Below, one piece after another: positions 40,328 to 55,099 of a stretch of DNA of 64,000 nucleotides. The position numbers and the translations under genes are program-made. The notes beneath the pieces were generated by a model. It was not told the DNA's origin. It did not search any database and saw only the letters and a program-made list of their open reading frames with translations. This DNA comes from Nemertoderma westbladi (lineage: Eukaryota > Animalia > Xenacoelomorpha), in NCBI GenBank assembly GCA_032718475.1, contig JAUCBJ010008614.1:1-64000 (forward strand), given 5' to 3'. Within the stretch, counting starts at the first letter, position 1, and each line of letters starts with the position of its first letter.

Positions 40328-42906
40328 GTGTCTGTCCAGTGTCTGCACCAGTTTCCGCACCACTGTCTGCACCAGTGTCTGCACCAGTTTCGGCACCACT
40401 GTCTGCACCAGTGTCTGCACCAGTGTCTGCACCACTGTCTGAACCACTGTCTGCACCACTGTCTGCACCACTGTCTGCACCACTGTCTGCACCACTGTCT
40501 GCACCACTGCGTGCACCAGTGTCTTCACCACTGTCTGCACCACTGTCTGCGCCACTGTCTGCACCAGTGGCTGCATCAGTGTATGCACCACTGCGTGCAC
40601 CACTGTCTGCACCAGTGTCTGCACCACTGTCTGCACCACTGTCTGCCCCAATGTCTGACTCACTGTCTGCACCACTGTCTGCACCACTGTCTGCACCACT
40701 GTCTGCCCCAGTGTCTGCACCACTGTCTGCACCACTGTCTGCACCACTGTCTGCGCCACTGTCTGCACCAGTGTCTGCATCAGTGTATGCACCACTGTCT
40801 GCGCCACTGTCTGCACCAGTGTATGCACCACTGTCTGCGCCACTGTCTGCACCAGTGTCTGCATCAGTGTATGCACCACTGCGTGCACCACTGTCTGCAC
40901 CAGTGTCTGCACCAGGTGTCTGCATCAGTGTCTGCACCACTGTCTGCACCAGTGCCTGCACCACTGTCTGCACCAGTGTCTGCATCAGTGTATGCAACAC
41001 TGCGTGCACCACTGTCTGCACCAGTGTCTGCACCACTGTCAGCACCAGTGTCTGCACCACTGTCTGCACCAGTGTCTGCACCACTGTCTGCACCAGTGTC
41101 TGCACCACTGTCTGCACCACTGTCTGCGCCACTGTCTGCACCAGTGTCTGCATCAGTGTATGCACCACTGCGTGCACCAGTGTCTTCACCACTGTCTGCA
41201 CCACTGTCTGCGCCACTGTCTGCACCAGTGGCTGCATCAGTGTATGCACCACTGCGTGCACCACTGTCTGCACCAGTGTCTGCACCACTGTCTGCACCAC
41301 TGTCTGCCCCAATGTCTGACTCACTGTCTGCACCACTGTCTGCACCACTGTCTGCACCACTGTCTGCCCCAGTGTCTGCACCACTGTCTGCACCACTGTC
41401 TGCACCACTGTCTGCGCCACTGTCTGCACCAGTGTCTGCATCAGTGTATGCACCACTGTCTGCGCCACTGTCTGCACCAGTGTATGCACCACTGTCTGCG
41501 CCACTGTCTGCACCAGTGTCTGCATCAGTGTATGCACCACTGCGTGCACCACTGTCTGCACCAGTGTCTGCACCAGGTGTCTGCATCAGTGTCTGCACCA
41601 CTGTCTGCACCAGTGCCTGCACCACTGTCTGCACCAGTGTCTGCACCACTGTCTGCACCACTGTCTGCACCAGTGTCTGCATCAGTGTATGCGCCACTGC
41701 GTGCACCACTATCTGCACCAGTGTCTGCACCACTGTCAGCACCAGTGTCTGCACCACTGTCTGCACCAGTGTCTGCACCACTGTCTGTACCACTGTCTGC
41801 ACCACTGTCTGCACCACTGTCTGCACCACTGTCTGCGCCACTGTCTGCACCAGTGTCTGCATCAGTGTATGCACCACTGCGTGCACCAGTGTCTTCAGCA
41901 CTGTTTGCACCACTGTCTGCGCCACTGTCTGCACCAGTGGCTGCATCAGTGTATGCACCACTGCGTGCACCACTGTCTGCACCAGTGTCTGCACCACTGT
42001 CTGCACCAGGTGTCTGCAAAAGTGTCTGCACCACTGTCTGCACCAGTGTCTGCACCACTGTCTGCACCAGTGTCTGCACCACTGTCTGCACCACTGTCTG
42101 CACCACAGTCTGCACCACTGTCTGCACCAGTGTCTGCACCACTGTCTGCACCACTTTCTGCACCAGTGTCTGCACCACTGTCTGCACTACTGTCTGCACC
42201 ACTGTCTGCACCACTGTCTGCACCACTCTCTGCACCACTGTCTGCACCAGTGTCTGCACCAGTGTCTGCACCACTGTCTGCACCACTGTCTGCACAACTG
42301 TCTGCACCACTGTCTGCACCAGTGTCTGCACCACTGTCTGCACAACTGTCTGCGCTACTGTCTGCACCAGTGTCTGCACCAGTGTCTGCACAACTGTCTG
42401 CGCTACTGTCTGCACCATTGTCTGCACCAGGTGTCTGTACCACTGAATGCACCAGTGTCTGCACCAGTGTCTGCACCAGGTGTCTGCACCACTGTCTGCA
42501 CCACTGTCTGCGCCACTGTCTGCACCAGTGTCTGCATCAGTGTATGCACCACTGCGTGCACCACTGTCTGCACCACTGTCTGCACCAGTGTCTGCACCAC
42601 TGTCTGCACCACTGTCTGCACCAGTGTCTGCACCACTGTCTGCACCACTGTCTGCACAACTGTCTGCGCTACTGTCTGCACCAGTGTCTGCACCACTGTC
42701 TGCACAATTGTCTGCGCTACTGTCTGCACCAGTGTCTGCACCAGGTGTCTGCACTACTGTCTGCACCACTGTCTGCGCCACTGTCTGCACCAGTGTCTGC
42801 ATCAGTGTATGCACCACTGCGTGCACCACTGTCTGCACCACTGTCAGCACCAGTGTCTGCACCACTGTTTGCACCAGTGTCTGCACCACTGTCTGCACCA
42901 CTGTCT
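40328..42906. repeat. 12 bp minisatellite (gcaccactgtct)n with about 661 bp higher-order duplication
   Basis: About 210 units; blocks near 40500-40920 recur near 41160-41580; single-base insertions (ccaggtg) shift the register. Confidence 0.97.
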
Positions 42907-42909
42907 GAT

Positions 42910-45900
42910 TAACGTTTACACCCCGTAAATAATTATGTAGGAGCTAAACGCGACATCCTGAACAAAAGTAATGCAGAGGTGAAGAATATATGTAATCTAT
43001 GCAAAAGCAAATCCTTACAAATTTCGCCACTTATGTTAGCTTTAATCCTGGACCTATCTCTGCATCCTTTATATACAGAGTTTTAAACGTATTTACATCC
43101 CCGAATTTAAGAGAACCAAGTTTTCTCGATTGAGACAAAGTTCTCACAGATTAAACGTATGTAGAAGGAATTGGGATTGGGGTTGTATTTTAATACAGAG
43201 CACCTAAACGACAGTTTGGCGATGCCACCTGCACGACGGGGTTCGCTTCCAGATCGTGACCCTCCAAACAAATCAACGGCATCTACAAATGTAAAGCAGA
43301 AGAACCCTGGCAGTCATGCCACAACAACGCCACAAAAACCCCGGGACAATCCACCCCTTCCAAACGACAAGAAACAAAAAAAGAAACCCAACGCCAAAGA
43401 ATGGATTAACTATTGATGTGGAATGCACTGCCTGTACTATGGTATGGACAGCAATACAAACCCGATTTATAAATGAGTTCCAGAGACTTCTGCTGTGGAT
43501 TCTGCTCAGCAAACAAAATCAACGATTTAGAGAATGAAAAGATAACCCTAGAAAACAAACTAGAGTTTCTACAAAAGACCGCGACACTGGATCATCCATC
43601 TCCACCAATATCCTACGCAGACGTCACACGTAGGGATACCCCTCAGCAATCTAGTAATGACGTAACTACTAATGTTGCGCTACTGTCAAAACAAATGAAA
43701 CAAGAAGAGAAGGAACAACTACAATGGAAAAACAACATTGTGATCCGCGGAACTCAACCGAAGCCAAACAATAAAGAAGATTCTCTACTATCAAAAGAGA
43801 TTGCAAACGAACTGGATGTCGATATTGACCCGACACAAATAACAAAAAAGCGAGTGGGGAATCAGGGACCCGACAACTCCCAAAATCTTGTTGTGACTCT
43901 AACATCTGAGCAACGAAACCAACTTCTCAAGAAAGCTCGGAATCTGCGATCCAGTCGCCGCTTCGGCAAAGTATATATATCCCCCGACTATACCCCAGCC
44001 GAGCAGAAACTGCGCTACGATTTGAGACAGAGCAAACGTACAGCCGAATCCAACTTCCCTGACAAACAATGGATTATATACAGGGGAGCTGTCCGCGAAA
44101 TGCCGGCCAGTTGGGGCCCATCCCTCGGCTACAGATCAACTTCCTTAACCCCCCAGACTACAGTCCCCTCACCAGTTGCAACCCAATTAAACTCAACTAT
44201 TTCCATTGATTCGAAACAGTCTACACCCACACACCTCACATCAACCTACAACTATTCCATAAGGTCGACGACCATTGACCACAGTAAGGATGTAGATTGA
44301 CTACCACGATCAAACTACAACAACGCTACCAGAGTTCACCCATGGCTGCATATCTTTGAAACGCCAGGTATTCATATAGCCCATCTCAATGTGAAAAGCA
44401 CCCTGCCGAAAATCGAAGAAATAAAACTCCAAATCCATTGACGTGTTGACGCTATCCGAAACATGGCTTGACAATTCAACCACAAATCATGTGTTAAAAG
44501 TACCAAGCTACAACTTATACAGAAATGACCGTGATAGGGAAGGTGGAGGTGTCGCCATCTACATTCTGGAAAGTCTTTCATTTAACCAGATTCCAAACTG
44601 CCATAACAGTGAACTGGAATGTATCTACGGCAATCTAAATCTACCTCATACTAAACCAATCCTATTGGGAACTATATATCGCCATCAAAGCAACTTATCC
44701 TTCTTTGAAGACTTAGAAACTGCCCTCGGTGACATCTCCAGTTACAAAGAAGTATTTATACTAGGTGACACTAACAGTGACACACTTAACATACACAACC
44801 AAAACACTGCAATCCAAAGAACAAACCTACAAACTTTCTGCAACACATCCAGTCTAATCCAACTAATAAAGGAGCCAACACGAGTAACGGCTTCCACCAA
44901 AACAACTATCGACCACATTTTCACATCTCGAACATGTCAGAACTTAAGATCGGATTCAGCGATCATTATATGGTTTATGTCACGAGGAAGAGGGCAAGAA
45001 ATGTAAATCGAAACAAACATTGTACACGCTACTGCCGCTCATACAAACAATATTCCCCCGATCTATTATGTAACCATCTCAATAGCAACTCAAGCTTGCA
45101 ATCAATCACATCTGAAGTAAGCGCCAATAGAGCAGCTGAAACCCTTACCGATGAACTGACACGAATACTTAACGTCATTGCGCCACACAGTAACGTCCGA
45201 GTTAAATCGAAAACCGAGCCATGGATGAATAGTTCAATAATAACTCTCATGCACTCCCGGAGCACCGCACTCAAAAGATTTTATGCACACAGAACCACTT
45301 CCAACTACTGTACAACTCCTACAAACAGATCAGAAACGACGTTGTATCTAAAATTCGTGTTGCCAAAGAAACATATATTAAAACCAAACTGGATCAAAAC
45401 AAATCCAACAGCAAAGAACTATGGAAGACTTTAAAGGATATTGGAGCCCCCTCAAAGCGATCAAACAACTAACTGATAATCCCCCTCCCTCGTCAGGGTA
45501 CTACAGTACACCGGTCAAATACTCAAAGATTTCTACTCCAACAAAGGTATTGTAGAGAACAGCTTCTCTTTACAACAAACTGACCGCATCACCATCCTGA
45601 AGATTCTACACAATCTAGATGCCTCAAAGAGCAGTGGTCCCGACGAAATCAGCCCGAGAATTTTAAAAGATGGCTCCACAATCTTAGCCAACTACTGTAT
45701 ATAACGCACATTGTAAACCTATCCATTAATACAGGCACATTCCCGTCAATCTACAAAATAGCCAAAGTAATCCCTGTCTTCAAGAACAGTAGTAGGCTGC
45801 AAACCTGCAACTTTAGACCAATCTACAAATAATATCAAAGGTCCTGGAGAAGGTTGTATGTAATATGACCAACTTGCCGATTATCTAATACGAAACAACA

Positions 45901-47300
45901 TTCTGGACATCTTGCAGTCCGGTGTTCGCCCCGGATTTTCGGTTCAAACGTGCCTTTTACACTTGGTGGACTTTATCCGAGGGGCCATGGACACCGGCCA
46001 GTTAGTTGGAATGATCGGGATAGACTTCAAGAAGGCGTTCGACACAATAGACCGGGACAAGCTCTTACTAAAACTCAAATATATTGGTCTAGACACAAAC
46101 TCTCTAAAGTGGTTCAGCTGTTACCTCTCCAATAGATTCCAGTTTGTCCAGATTGGTAGATCGAAATCAAAAACTCGGCGGATAGACCTAGGGACCCCAC
46201 AGGGTGCACTTCTAGCAGTCCTACTCTTTGTCATCTACATGAACGACCTTGACTTAGCCACAAAGTTACAACCCGAAACTCACAAGATTCAAGCACCACT
46301 AGCTATCAAATATGCGGACGACACAAACTTGGTACAATCTGGATCAAACGCAGAGGAAATTGCAACGTCGCTGACACAAACTCTATCGCGAGTATCAGAA
46401 TGGGCGTCGGGGTCGGACAATGGTAAATTCGAACTAATGCTCTTCGGTACACGTCAACGACTATCAATCACAAACTCTGACAAATTCAAAGTATTTTTAA
46501 GAATCAAAATATTGCGACATCCAACAGCGTAAACTATTTGGGTTTCACACTCGATGCGACACTTACCGGTACAGCCGCGGCCCGCAAAGCGATCCGAAAG
46601 GGGAACTCTTGCTTGAAATTTCTTTATCGAAATTCGCGGATTCTCGACGCACACCTACGTCGAATCCTATGCAACTCCCTTATCCTGCCACTTATTGACT
46701 TTGCGGCACCATGCTGGTACCCGAGCACATCCGTCCATCTCAGAGAACAAGTGGATACTCTACATAGGAAATGCATCCGTTTCTGTCTGTCTCTAGATAA
46801 ACGCGCCCATATCGATGCCAACCACTTTGTCGCCATGAACTGGCTGCCAATCAAAGAGCGAACGAGCCAAATTTATTTATCCCACATGTTCAACATATAC
46901 ACTGAGTCCGCACCGCAATACCTCCGCGATCTTGTAGCGTTTGACGAGACTACAGCGCACTTAATAAAGTGGCTCTGCACACGCAAAAATACCACAAAAA
47001 CTCACAGTCACGTGCGCACAATCAATATCGTACGTTGGGCCGCAGTTATGGAACAACTTCAGAACTTGCCCGCGGAAATCCAACAATCCCCGACATCCGA
47101 GACTTTCAAACATAGAGTGAAAGCGCATTTACTTAAAGGCATTGTTGAAAACCATTTGAGTAATTTTACTTAACTTTTACTTTACAACAACTTATACTAA
47201 CTTTATTTTAATATCTTTCAAATTTTTCATATTGTATCGTGATTTACCGTACGAAGTGGCAACAACAATATCTCAAAACTGCCCATTATTATATGAATGT
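42910..47300 (+). mobile_element. Near full-length disabled LINE (L2/CR1 group, Crack/Daphne-like): ORF1 plus APE-RT ORF2
   Basis: ORF1-like 43224-44300 (Cys cluster, coiled coil, NNIVIRG, VYISPDYT). Endonuclease motifs LSETWL, RNDR.REGGGVAIY, ILGDTN, TTIDHIF. RT motifs IDFKKAFDTI, GTPQG, YADDT. Several frameshifts and stops. Confidence 0.92.
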
Positions 47301-48866
47301 TTTATTTTTAAAACAACCATAATAACGAACCTGTCTTTAGACTGGGTAGTTTTTGTCTAAAGCTGAGGCCGGCAAAAACACGATGGATATATTTACCTAT
47401 ATATTTACCTATATCACTATATATGTCACTATATCACTCACTATGTATGTTCACCAAATGGCTTGAAACCACTTGCATGCATTGTAAAATTGTAAACGCA
47501 AGTATTTATCAATTGTTGTCTAGTTGTTGAATAAAAAAGTTGGGAACGATTTGAAGTGCGATATTCGAAATATTTGCATATTTTCAACATTATTGAACGC
47601 GAAATTAAATACCCACAACTCCCTTGCTTGAAATGTTTTTCAGGTGATTGATATTTAGCAATTATTATGAGGTTACTTACTACTGAAATCTGAAAGAATG
47701 CCAAACGTATTATTATAGTTCTATCTCTATTCAGCCAGTTAGTGTAATGTCAAGCAGTACATCATTTATATATCGTATGTATCTATAAGGCCTAATTGTC
47801 ATCGTTATAATACTGTCATCAACTTAGGCTAAGCTCAATTGTAATGCAAAGGCTTAGTAGGTTTTGTATATCTGGGACGTTTACAACAGCTGTCGATTAA
47901 ACTAACAAAACCATAAAACTGAACCAGGGTGGCTGCCAGCCGGGTACCAACGGCTGTTGGGTAGACTTAAGGGAACATTTCACAAACTTTCATAGGATGC
48001 TTGTACATGTACATTATATTGGTTGCTCCGATGTTTTTATTAGGCTAACTGAGAATGTATCAGGTATAAATACTGTAATTATAGTGTTCTTTATTTTATT
48101 TATCTAATACAGAAAAGACCCCTCCGCAGAATAAACTGCTCTTTTGGGCCGTTTCTCAGGTTGCGGATATGGATACCATTTCACACATCATCGTAGTAAT
48201 TGTGATTATGATTTGTTTGCCTAGGCGAATGTGTATTACATTAGATGGGAGGCAGTTTTTTGGTTGATGCAAGTCATTCTTGGTTTGCATCTTCCAATCC
48301 CATCTGTTTCTTGGAGTCTGTGTAAGACAGGTTCGTTTAAAGCCATCTTGATGGCGTTCTAGTTCAGGGAGATGGTGTACATTATTTTCGACCACACTTT
48401 TATAACATATTTTTATTGAACATTGTTTTATACTACAACGCACGAACTTGATGACCATATTTATATCTTTACCCTGCAGTTTTATATATTTTTTATTTAC
48501 CATTGTTTGTTTACTCTATCACGTCCTATGTACAATTTTTAATTTATGTTATAGTATCCTCATGTGCAGCTATTTTTACTTAACATTGTTTTTATGCTAC
48601 AACGCACTAATACTTCTATTTTTTATCCTGCAGTTTCATATATTTTTTATTCACCGCTGTGTTTTTTACTCTGTCACTTCCTATCTATCTACAATTTTAA
48701 ATTTTTGTCATATACAGTAGTGATATAAAGTATCCTCATGTGCGGCTTTTTTTACTTAACTATCTTCATTAAAGTACTGTACAGTTATTTTTACTCAATA
48801 TTGTATTTATACTGCAACGCACGAACTTGATGCCCGCCCGAACTTGGGGCTATCCCCGACATTGTC

Positions 48867-49093
48867 ACTGTACTGTGACCGACTGTACTGTGACCGACTG
48901 TACTGTGACCGACTGTACTGTGACCGACTGTACTGTGACCGACTGTACTGTGACCGACTGTACTGTGACCGACTGTACTGTGACCGACTGTACTGTGACC
49001 GTCTGTACTGTGACCGACTGTACTGTGACCGACTGTACTGTGACCGACTGTACTGTGACCGACTGTACTGTGACCGACTGTAAACTGTGACCG
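48867..49093. repeat. 15 bp minisatellite (gactgtactgtgacc), about 15 copies
   Basis: Near-perfect tandem units. Confidence 0.95.
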
Positions 49094-51049
49094 TAACTGT
49101 ATGTATCTGTGTTATATAAATCGACAATTCTATTCACACTACTGTACGTATAATTTGATATTTTTAAATTTTATTTCCGTCATACAGCCATACTATTTTC
49201 ACATGTTCATTGTTTAAAATGGTTATACGTGTCTTTTTTATATGTCCATATTGTTAGCTCTATTTTATTTTTTATATTTAATGTCAATTAAACAATTCCA
49301 ATTCCAATGTCGTCAAGGTTATCTTTGGAGAGACGCACTTGCCATTTGCGATGGAACATCCAACATCGGTACAAGATGAGCACAGCACATAATTTTTCAT
49401 TGCCCGTTGCACTTGCGAGCTAGACTTCAATAATCTCCCTATTTTCATGTGTTACACAGAGAATATCACCTGTTCTAGAAGTGATATACGATATATCAAC
49501 CTGAAGCAAATAAACTTACCTGGAACTACTGGAAACTACCTAGAATAACTACCGAGGCCGAAGGCCTAGGTTGTTATACAAAGTATAGACTATACTATAT
49601 ATATATATATAGTATAGTGTATAGTATATAAAGTATATCACTCCTAGAACAGGTGATATTCTGTTTATCACATGTGTTCGAACTTATCGAACACGAAGAG
49701 GGCCATCCTGCATAATAAGGTACAGCGAACCCCACTCCACAATTTATAATTTTTTTATTATTTTTTTTATTATAGCTATAGTAGTTGTTGCTTTTTATGT
49801 AGAAATCGTTCTAGAATATGCTAGCTATTTATTTTGAAAAAATGAACCCTCAGTTACAAATATTTTTTATTCCAGAACATATTTTGGAAAAATATCTTGA
49901 TTATATTTTAAACGATTAATTATACACCACCTAAGGTCGCGTTCACACTAAAAGAGTCAAAGTCAAAAAAAATTAATGTAGATGTAAATGTTTTTTTTAA
50001 TATCGAACATTGTGTAGGGCTAGGGCCTACACAAAATATTAAAAATAGCACAATCTAGCTAGTATACTGTACCATTTTTGTAATAAAAAAAAGCAATTAA
50101 TTAGTAATACAAGTTTCAAATAATTTTTGAATATAGCTAACTGTATATCACACGGTGTGATATACAATATATCAACCGCTAAAAATAAGTGAGAACATTT
50201 GATAAAGTAGAATATCACACCTTTGATTGATTTTTATTTAACAATGTTAACTCGGAGTTGTATGTGTTCTAATAATATGTGCTAAGTACTAATGATTTCT
50301 TTCTCATTACTTAGAATGATTATGATTATCATAATCTTATTATGATTTATTTTATAGGTTTTGTGTTGCTCCATTCGTGATTATTGGTTGACTGTAAAAG
50401 TGATCGTCAGTCATTATGTGTCATTACTTTTATGGTCAATACATTATATATCTATACTGTATATACTGTATACGAGTGTATAGGCCTAACAATGTCGTAG
50501 TTTCGTTTATAAACACTACTGTAGTTTATATAGGCGTTCAAAGATTGCAATAACTACTACTGTTTGTTGCCCCAGCAATGTGTGAACAAAAAGCGAGAAT
50601 TAATGATAAACTATAATATCGATAGAACGCGGCCAACGCACAGTACACGTGGGATCTAGGTTCGCTTCTCCTCTAGCGTGTGCTAAGGTGGCATTCAGCA
50701 AATAAATCATGTATAACTACTTCCTCAGCACTACCTCCTGTACAGCCTCAGTAGTTATACAGATTAATTTGCTTCAGGTATTATATTCGTATATTCCGTT
50801 CTCGAACAGACAATAATTATACAGTAGTATATTGTACAGTACTGTGTTACATTAGAGTATAAACATATATATAAAAGTACTTATAATGATCTAATGCAAA
50901 TAAGTAAAAAAAACTCAAAGTAGTTGCAATCAGTGACTCACCAACAAACAATATTTTGCCAATAATTAATAGCTAATTCGTTGCAATGTATTGGTTGTAG
51001 GATCTAAGTTCGGTTCCCTTCAAGCAGCAATAAGTAGGTTCTAAGTTCG

Positions 51050-51136
51050 TATGTTGGGGATCTAAGTTCGTATGTTGGGGATCTAAGTTCCTATGTTGGG
51101 GATCTAAGTTCGTATGTTGGGGATCTAAGTTCCTAT
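51050..51136. repeat. 21 bp tandem repeat, 4 copies
   Basis: gatctaagttcgtatgttggg. Confidence 0.85.
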
Positions 51137-51734
51137 GGAAAGGATTAGTTCGTTTTTCGTGTCAACTTAGATTCCAGGATTGGTTCTGCGTAACAATCAT
51201 ATATTAATTAAACATAAATTAATTAAAAATTATACATTAATTAAACATAAAAAAATATATTTGAAAATTTAACACAGAAGAATAGTACAGTAATGTATTA
51301 AAAATATTAACAGAAGGATATCCGAGAAGGTCGCGGGCGTTCACCACATCCTCACTTAATATATTCCATATATTTACGACTCGATTAACAAAACTATTTA
51401 TATGGAACATATGATGACCAGCGGTATCCCGTTTATACAGTATAGAGCTAAAGACGAGCCACGGAAATGGCCACGTTAATAGTCTGAAAGTAGAACACGG
51501 AAATTAAAATAATATCACTATCATATTGCGATTAAAATTACAAAATCCCCTCAGCCCCTGTCTGCCTGTCAGCCTGTATCTCTTTACCTGTTTACAGCTT
51601 TATCTAACGAATCTAAGCGCGGACCCTAACTTTCTACTACCAGATTACAGTCAGACAGTAGGCCTACTAGCTGACTAGCTACTTAAATAGCTGTAAATAT
51701 GGACAATGGTAAGGTGTATTGTTATAATACAACA

Positions 51735-51878
51735 ATTAGTATTGTTGGATTTATCAGCAGCGTTTGATACAATAGATCTGGATATTTTAATAAAGCGATT
51801 GGAAGTTGAGTTTGGTATTCGGGGAGTGTGTCTTAATTGGCTAAAATCGTATCTCAGTGATCGTTCGTACAGGGTGTA
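51735..51878 (+). mobile_element. Isolated CR1/L2 reverse transcriptase fragment
   Basis: LVLLDLSAAFDTIDLDILIKRLEVEFGIRGVCLNWLKSYLSDR. Confidence 0.8.
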
Positions 51879-52174
51879 CAGGGCGTACAGGGGGCACGTT
51901 AATAAGCCATTATTATTATTATTATTATTATATTATATATATTATAAATAGCTGGCTCAGCCTGTCAGTCAGTCTCAGTCAGTAGCTACAGTTTTAATTC
52001 GCAATAATTTTTATTGTCCGTTTAAATCCTTTTTTTGTCCTTTTTTTTTATTTTTTATGTCCTCCAAAAGTCTAATGTTAGGTTCCATGCTACCGGTTTC
52101 TCTACTGCTGTTCTCTCAGGCTATCAGTACCGGTATTAGTATATATAGCACTATTTTGCAATGTAATTGTAATG

Positions 52175-52710
52175 TTATCGTTTATTGTTTTGGTGAGAAA
52201 ATCCCGCCTCTGTAACCTGCTCCTTTCTCTCAATTGGTAATGTTATCGTTTATTGTTTTGGTTAGAAAATCCCGTCTCTGTAACCTGCTCCTTTCCCTCA
52301 ATTAGTTAAATGATCGTTTATTGTTTTGGTTAGAAAATCCCGCCTCTGTAACCTGCCCCTTTCCCTCAATTAGTTAAATGATTGTTTATTGTTTTGGTTA
52401 GAAAATTCCGCCTCTGTAACCTGTCCCTTTCCCTCAATTAGTTAAATGATCGTTTATTGTTTTGGTTAGAAAATCCCGCCTCTGTAACCTGCTCCTTTCC
52501 CTCAATAAGTTAAGTGATCGTTTTTTGTTTTGGTTAGAAAATCCCGCCTCTGTAACCTGCTCCTTTCCCTCAATTAGTTAATGATCGTTTATTGTTTTGG
52601 TTAGAAAATCCCGTCTCTGTAACCTGCTCCTTTCCCTGATTTGGTAAAGTGACTGTTTATTGTTTTGGTTAGAAAACTCGGCCTTAACCTGCTCCTTTCC
52701 ATCAATTGGT
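52175..52710. repeat. ~67 bp tandem repeat, about 8 copies
   Basis: ttattgttttggttagaaaatcccgcctctgtaacctgctcctttccctcaattagttaaatgatcg. Confidence 0.9.
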
Positions 52711-53551
52711 AATTGATTTTGACTATAAAATGAGTGTTTTGCTACGTCATGTGGTAATCGATTATCGACAACAACCACAAACTATTAAATATAGAGTCTT
52801 TTTACCACAGGCGCATATGGAAATCTATCTCATAGTCTATAAATCATGGAATCATGGAATGTTTTGGCACAGGCATAGTGAAATCAACTGTCTGACAGTC
52901 CAGAAATCAGCAGTCTGACAGTTTGAAGAAATACATACATAAAAAGTCATTAAAAGGACAATAAAAGTCATTAAAAGGACAACAAAAGTCATTATGCATA
53001 ATTCGTAAAAAAAAAAAGGACAAAAAAAAGTCAAATAACAGAATAAAAGGACATAAAAAATCACTGCCGTTTTAATTTAGCTAGTACAGCATACAGTAGT
53101 ACTGTACTGTAGGCGTACGCCTAGTTCTGCAGCGCTGTATGCCTACACGCAGACAGGCCTAGTTCTGTAGTTAGAAACAGCTAAACGCTGAAACGAACTG
53201 TTCAATTAATATTAGTACGGTAGTATTTAGGATTTTTACAGTCAGACAGTTAGTCCTCGCATGCAATAGATTATATTTGATATTACTGTATTATAAAATA
53301 AATTACTGAATTACCGGTAGGCGGTAGGCCTAGCCGATTTAGTCACTAAATCGGCTACCGGTTAGGCCTATCTGCCTATTCAGTAATTTATTCTATAATC
53401 TGATAATACACTCACACTGTCTGACTGTCAGACTGTATTACAGTAATAGGCCTAATAATATAAAATTTAGCACATAATTTGTCGTTATTATTGTTACTTA
53501 TTGCCACTAGCAACTAGCAGACTAGCACTAGACTGCTAGACGACTTGCCTT

Positions 53552-53662
53552 ATGGCTCACACAACTACTACCGGAGACCCCACCAAGTGGACTTGCACCC
53601 AGGTATCAGTTTGGTTAAAATCCAACAACTTCAATCGATATGTGGAACTCTTTACAGTTCAG
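53552..53662 (+). CDS. First coding exon of a SAM-domain protein (remaining exons not found in window)
   Basis: MAHTTTTGDPTKWTCTQVSVWLKSNNFNRYVELFTVQ fits SAM helices 1-2 (W...V..WL....F..Y...F); ends CAG|gtacgt, phase 0. Confidence 0.7.
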
Positions 53663-54195
53663 GTACGTTATTGTTCACATAGAGAGAGACATATCGGTAC
53701 GTTATTGTTCACATATCGGTACCGTAGTTGGTGTTTCCGGTCATTTTTGCGCCTGTTAACCAGTTAACAGTTAACCCTTGGGGTGTTAAGATTTTATTTA
53801 TTGAGGCTTCGCTTATGTAAATTTATGTGTTGCGTTGCTGGTGCTGTGAAAAAATGGGAAGACTTGAGATGCTGAATTTTTGTGATAATTTCCTCATATC
53901 TGCATATACTGATATAGTTGCTCCACCGATCGGACATAAACTTGTGAAAAGATATAAGCTCATGTTTGTCTGGATGTCTGTCGGCTCTATCCTGAATCCG
54001 TACCAGTGATAATCTCCTCTCCCCTGTCAACATTTTTTATCAGAACGCTCCTAAAATTTTAACAGGCTTTGTTCAACCTATAGTGACCAACTTGGAAAAC
54101 AAAAATTTCAATTTATTGCTAATACCGCTTCGCGCAGCACGTCACAAACTCAAGAGTTCTTATATTTTTTGTAAAAAATCTAATTTTAGAATGAG

Positions 54196-55099
54196 CCCAG
54201 GTTGGAATTCATGCATGAGCGCGCAGGTACGCTTTGTTGTTTTGAAATCACCGCGCACCTGAAATTGGCTCGTCGCGCACCTCATCATATGTCATAATCC
54301 AAACAAAATCGCGCAGCTCATGTCATGCATATCTCAAAAAATCGCACAGTTCATAAGAACAATTTTACATTCCTATTTTACAAGTTTGAGCGTTTTAAGC
54401 TTATCTTTACGTCTGTCTGTCTGTACGTTGAATCTAGGCTTACATAATAAATGTAATTTTTGCAACATCAAAATTGTTAATATTAAAAAATATTTTTTTA
54501 ATCCACTACTATGGTGGCCCATCGGGCTCACTGCTTTTATAACAGAAAATATTATTTTAGATTACAAACAAAACATGTACCGGTAATTTCAAAAAAACGA
54601 ATATTGAAATAGGTACCAGTCTGCCAATAATACTTTGTATAGGCCTACCTAACAATTAGGCTTAAACATACAGTTGGCTTATAATTAAGTCATACTTATA
54701 ATACATTGTTACTTTCTGACTTTACCTGTTTACTAACGTAACATCGGCATAGCATAGACCTAATAACAATACAACAATAGAGTACTGTAGTTAAAATAAA
54801 TAGACAAATTCAGCTCCGGTTGCCGGTATTACAGTATTATGGTGAAGTGATTTGACTGTTTGAAGAATTGGAAATGAGAAACTAATGCGAGCGCAGCGAG
54901 CGAAATTTTTTTGTGTATTTTCGTGATTTCAATTAATTTGTGGTGCGCATCAGAGGCAGAGCTGCGCGCTGAGGCGCAACGCGCACCTGTCTCACACCCG
55001 AACGCGCACCTGTCTCACCCAAACGCGCAACGCGCATCTGGTTTGCGGTCATTCGCGCAGGTACGCGTCCGAGTTTTGCAGCATGAATTCCAACCTGGG
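54196..55099. mobile_element. Short-TIR element with gcgcacctg sub-terminal motifs
   Basis: cccaggttggaattcatgc at the left end and gcatgaattccaacctggg at the right end. Confidence 0.65.

Noticed and set aside
40161-42928. Long ORFs (SAPL, CTTV, CLHH, QTVV, GADS repeats) as real proteins
   Set aside because: A stop-poor 12-bp unit opens most frames; single-base insertions switch between them, and there is no unique coding flank.
43171-47173. Active or domesticated reverse transcriptase system
   Set aside because: Multiple frameshifts and stops in both ORFs; an ordinary decayed LINE.
48807-49137. CDRLY / SRSQY / CTVTD repeat ORFs
   Set aside because: Translation artefacts of a 15-bp minisatellite.
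48156-49445. Possible minus-strand exons (GC-richer patches at about 48160-48360 and 49310-49440)
   Set aside because: No recognisable protein motif or convincing pair of splice sites by eye; needs RNA-seq.
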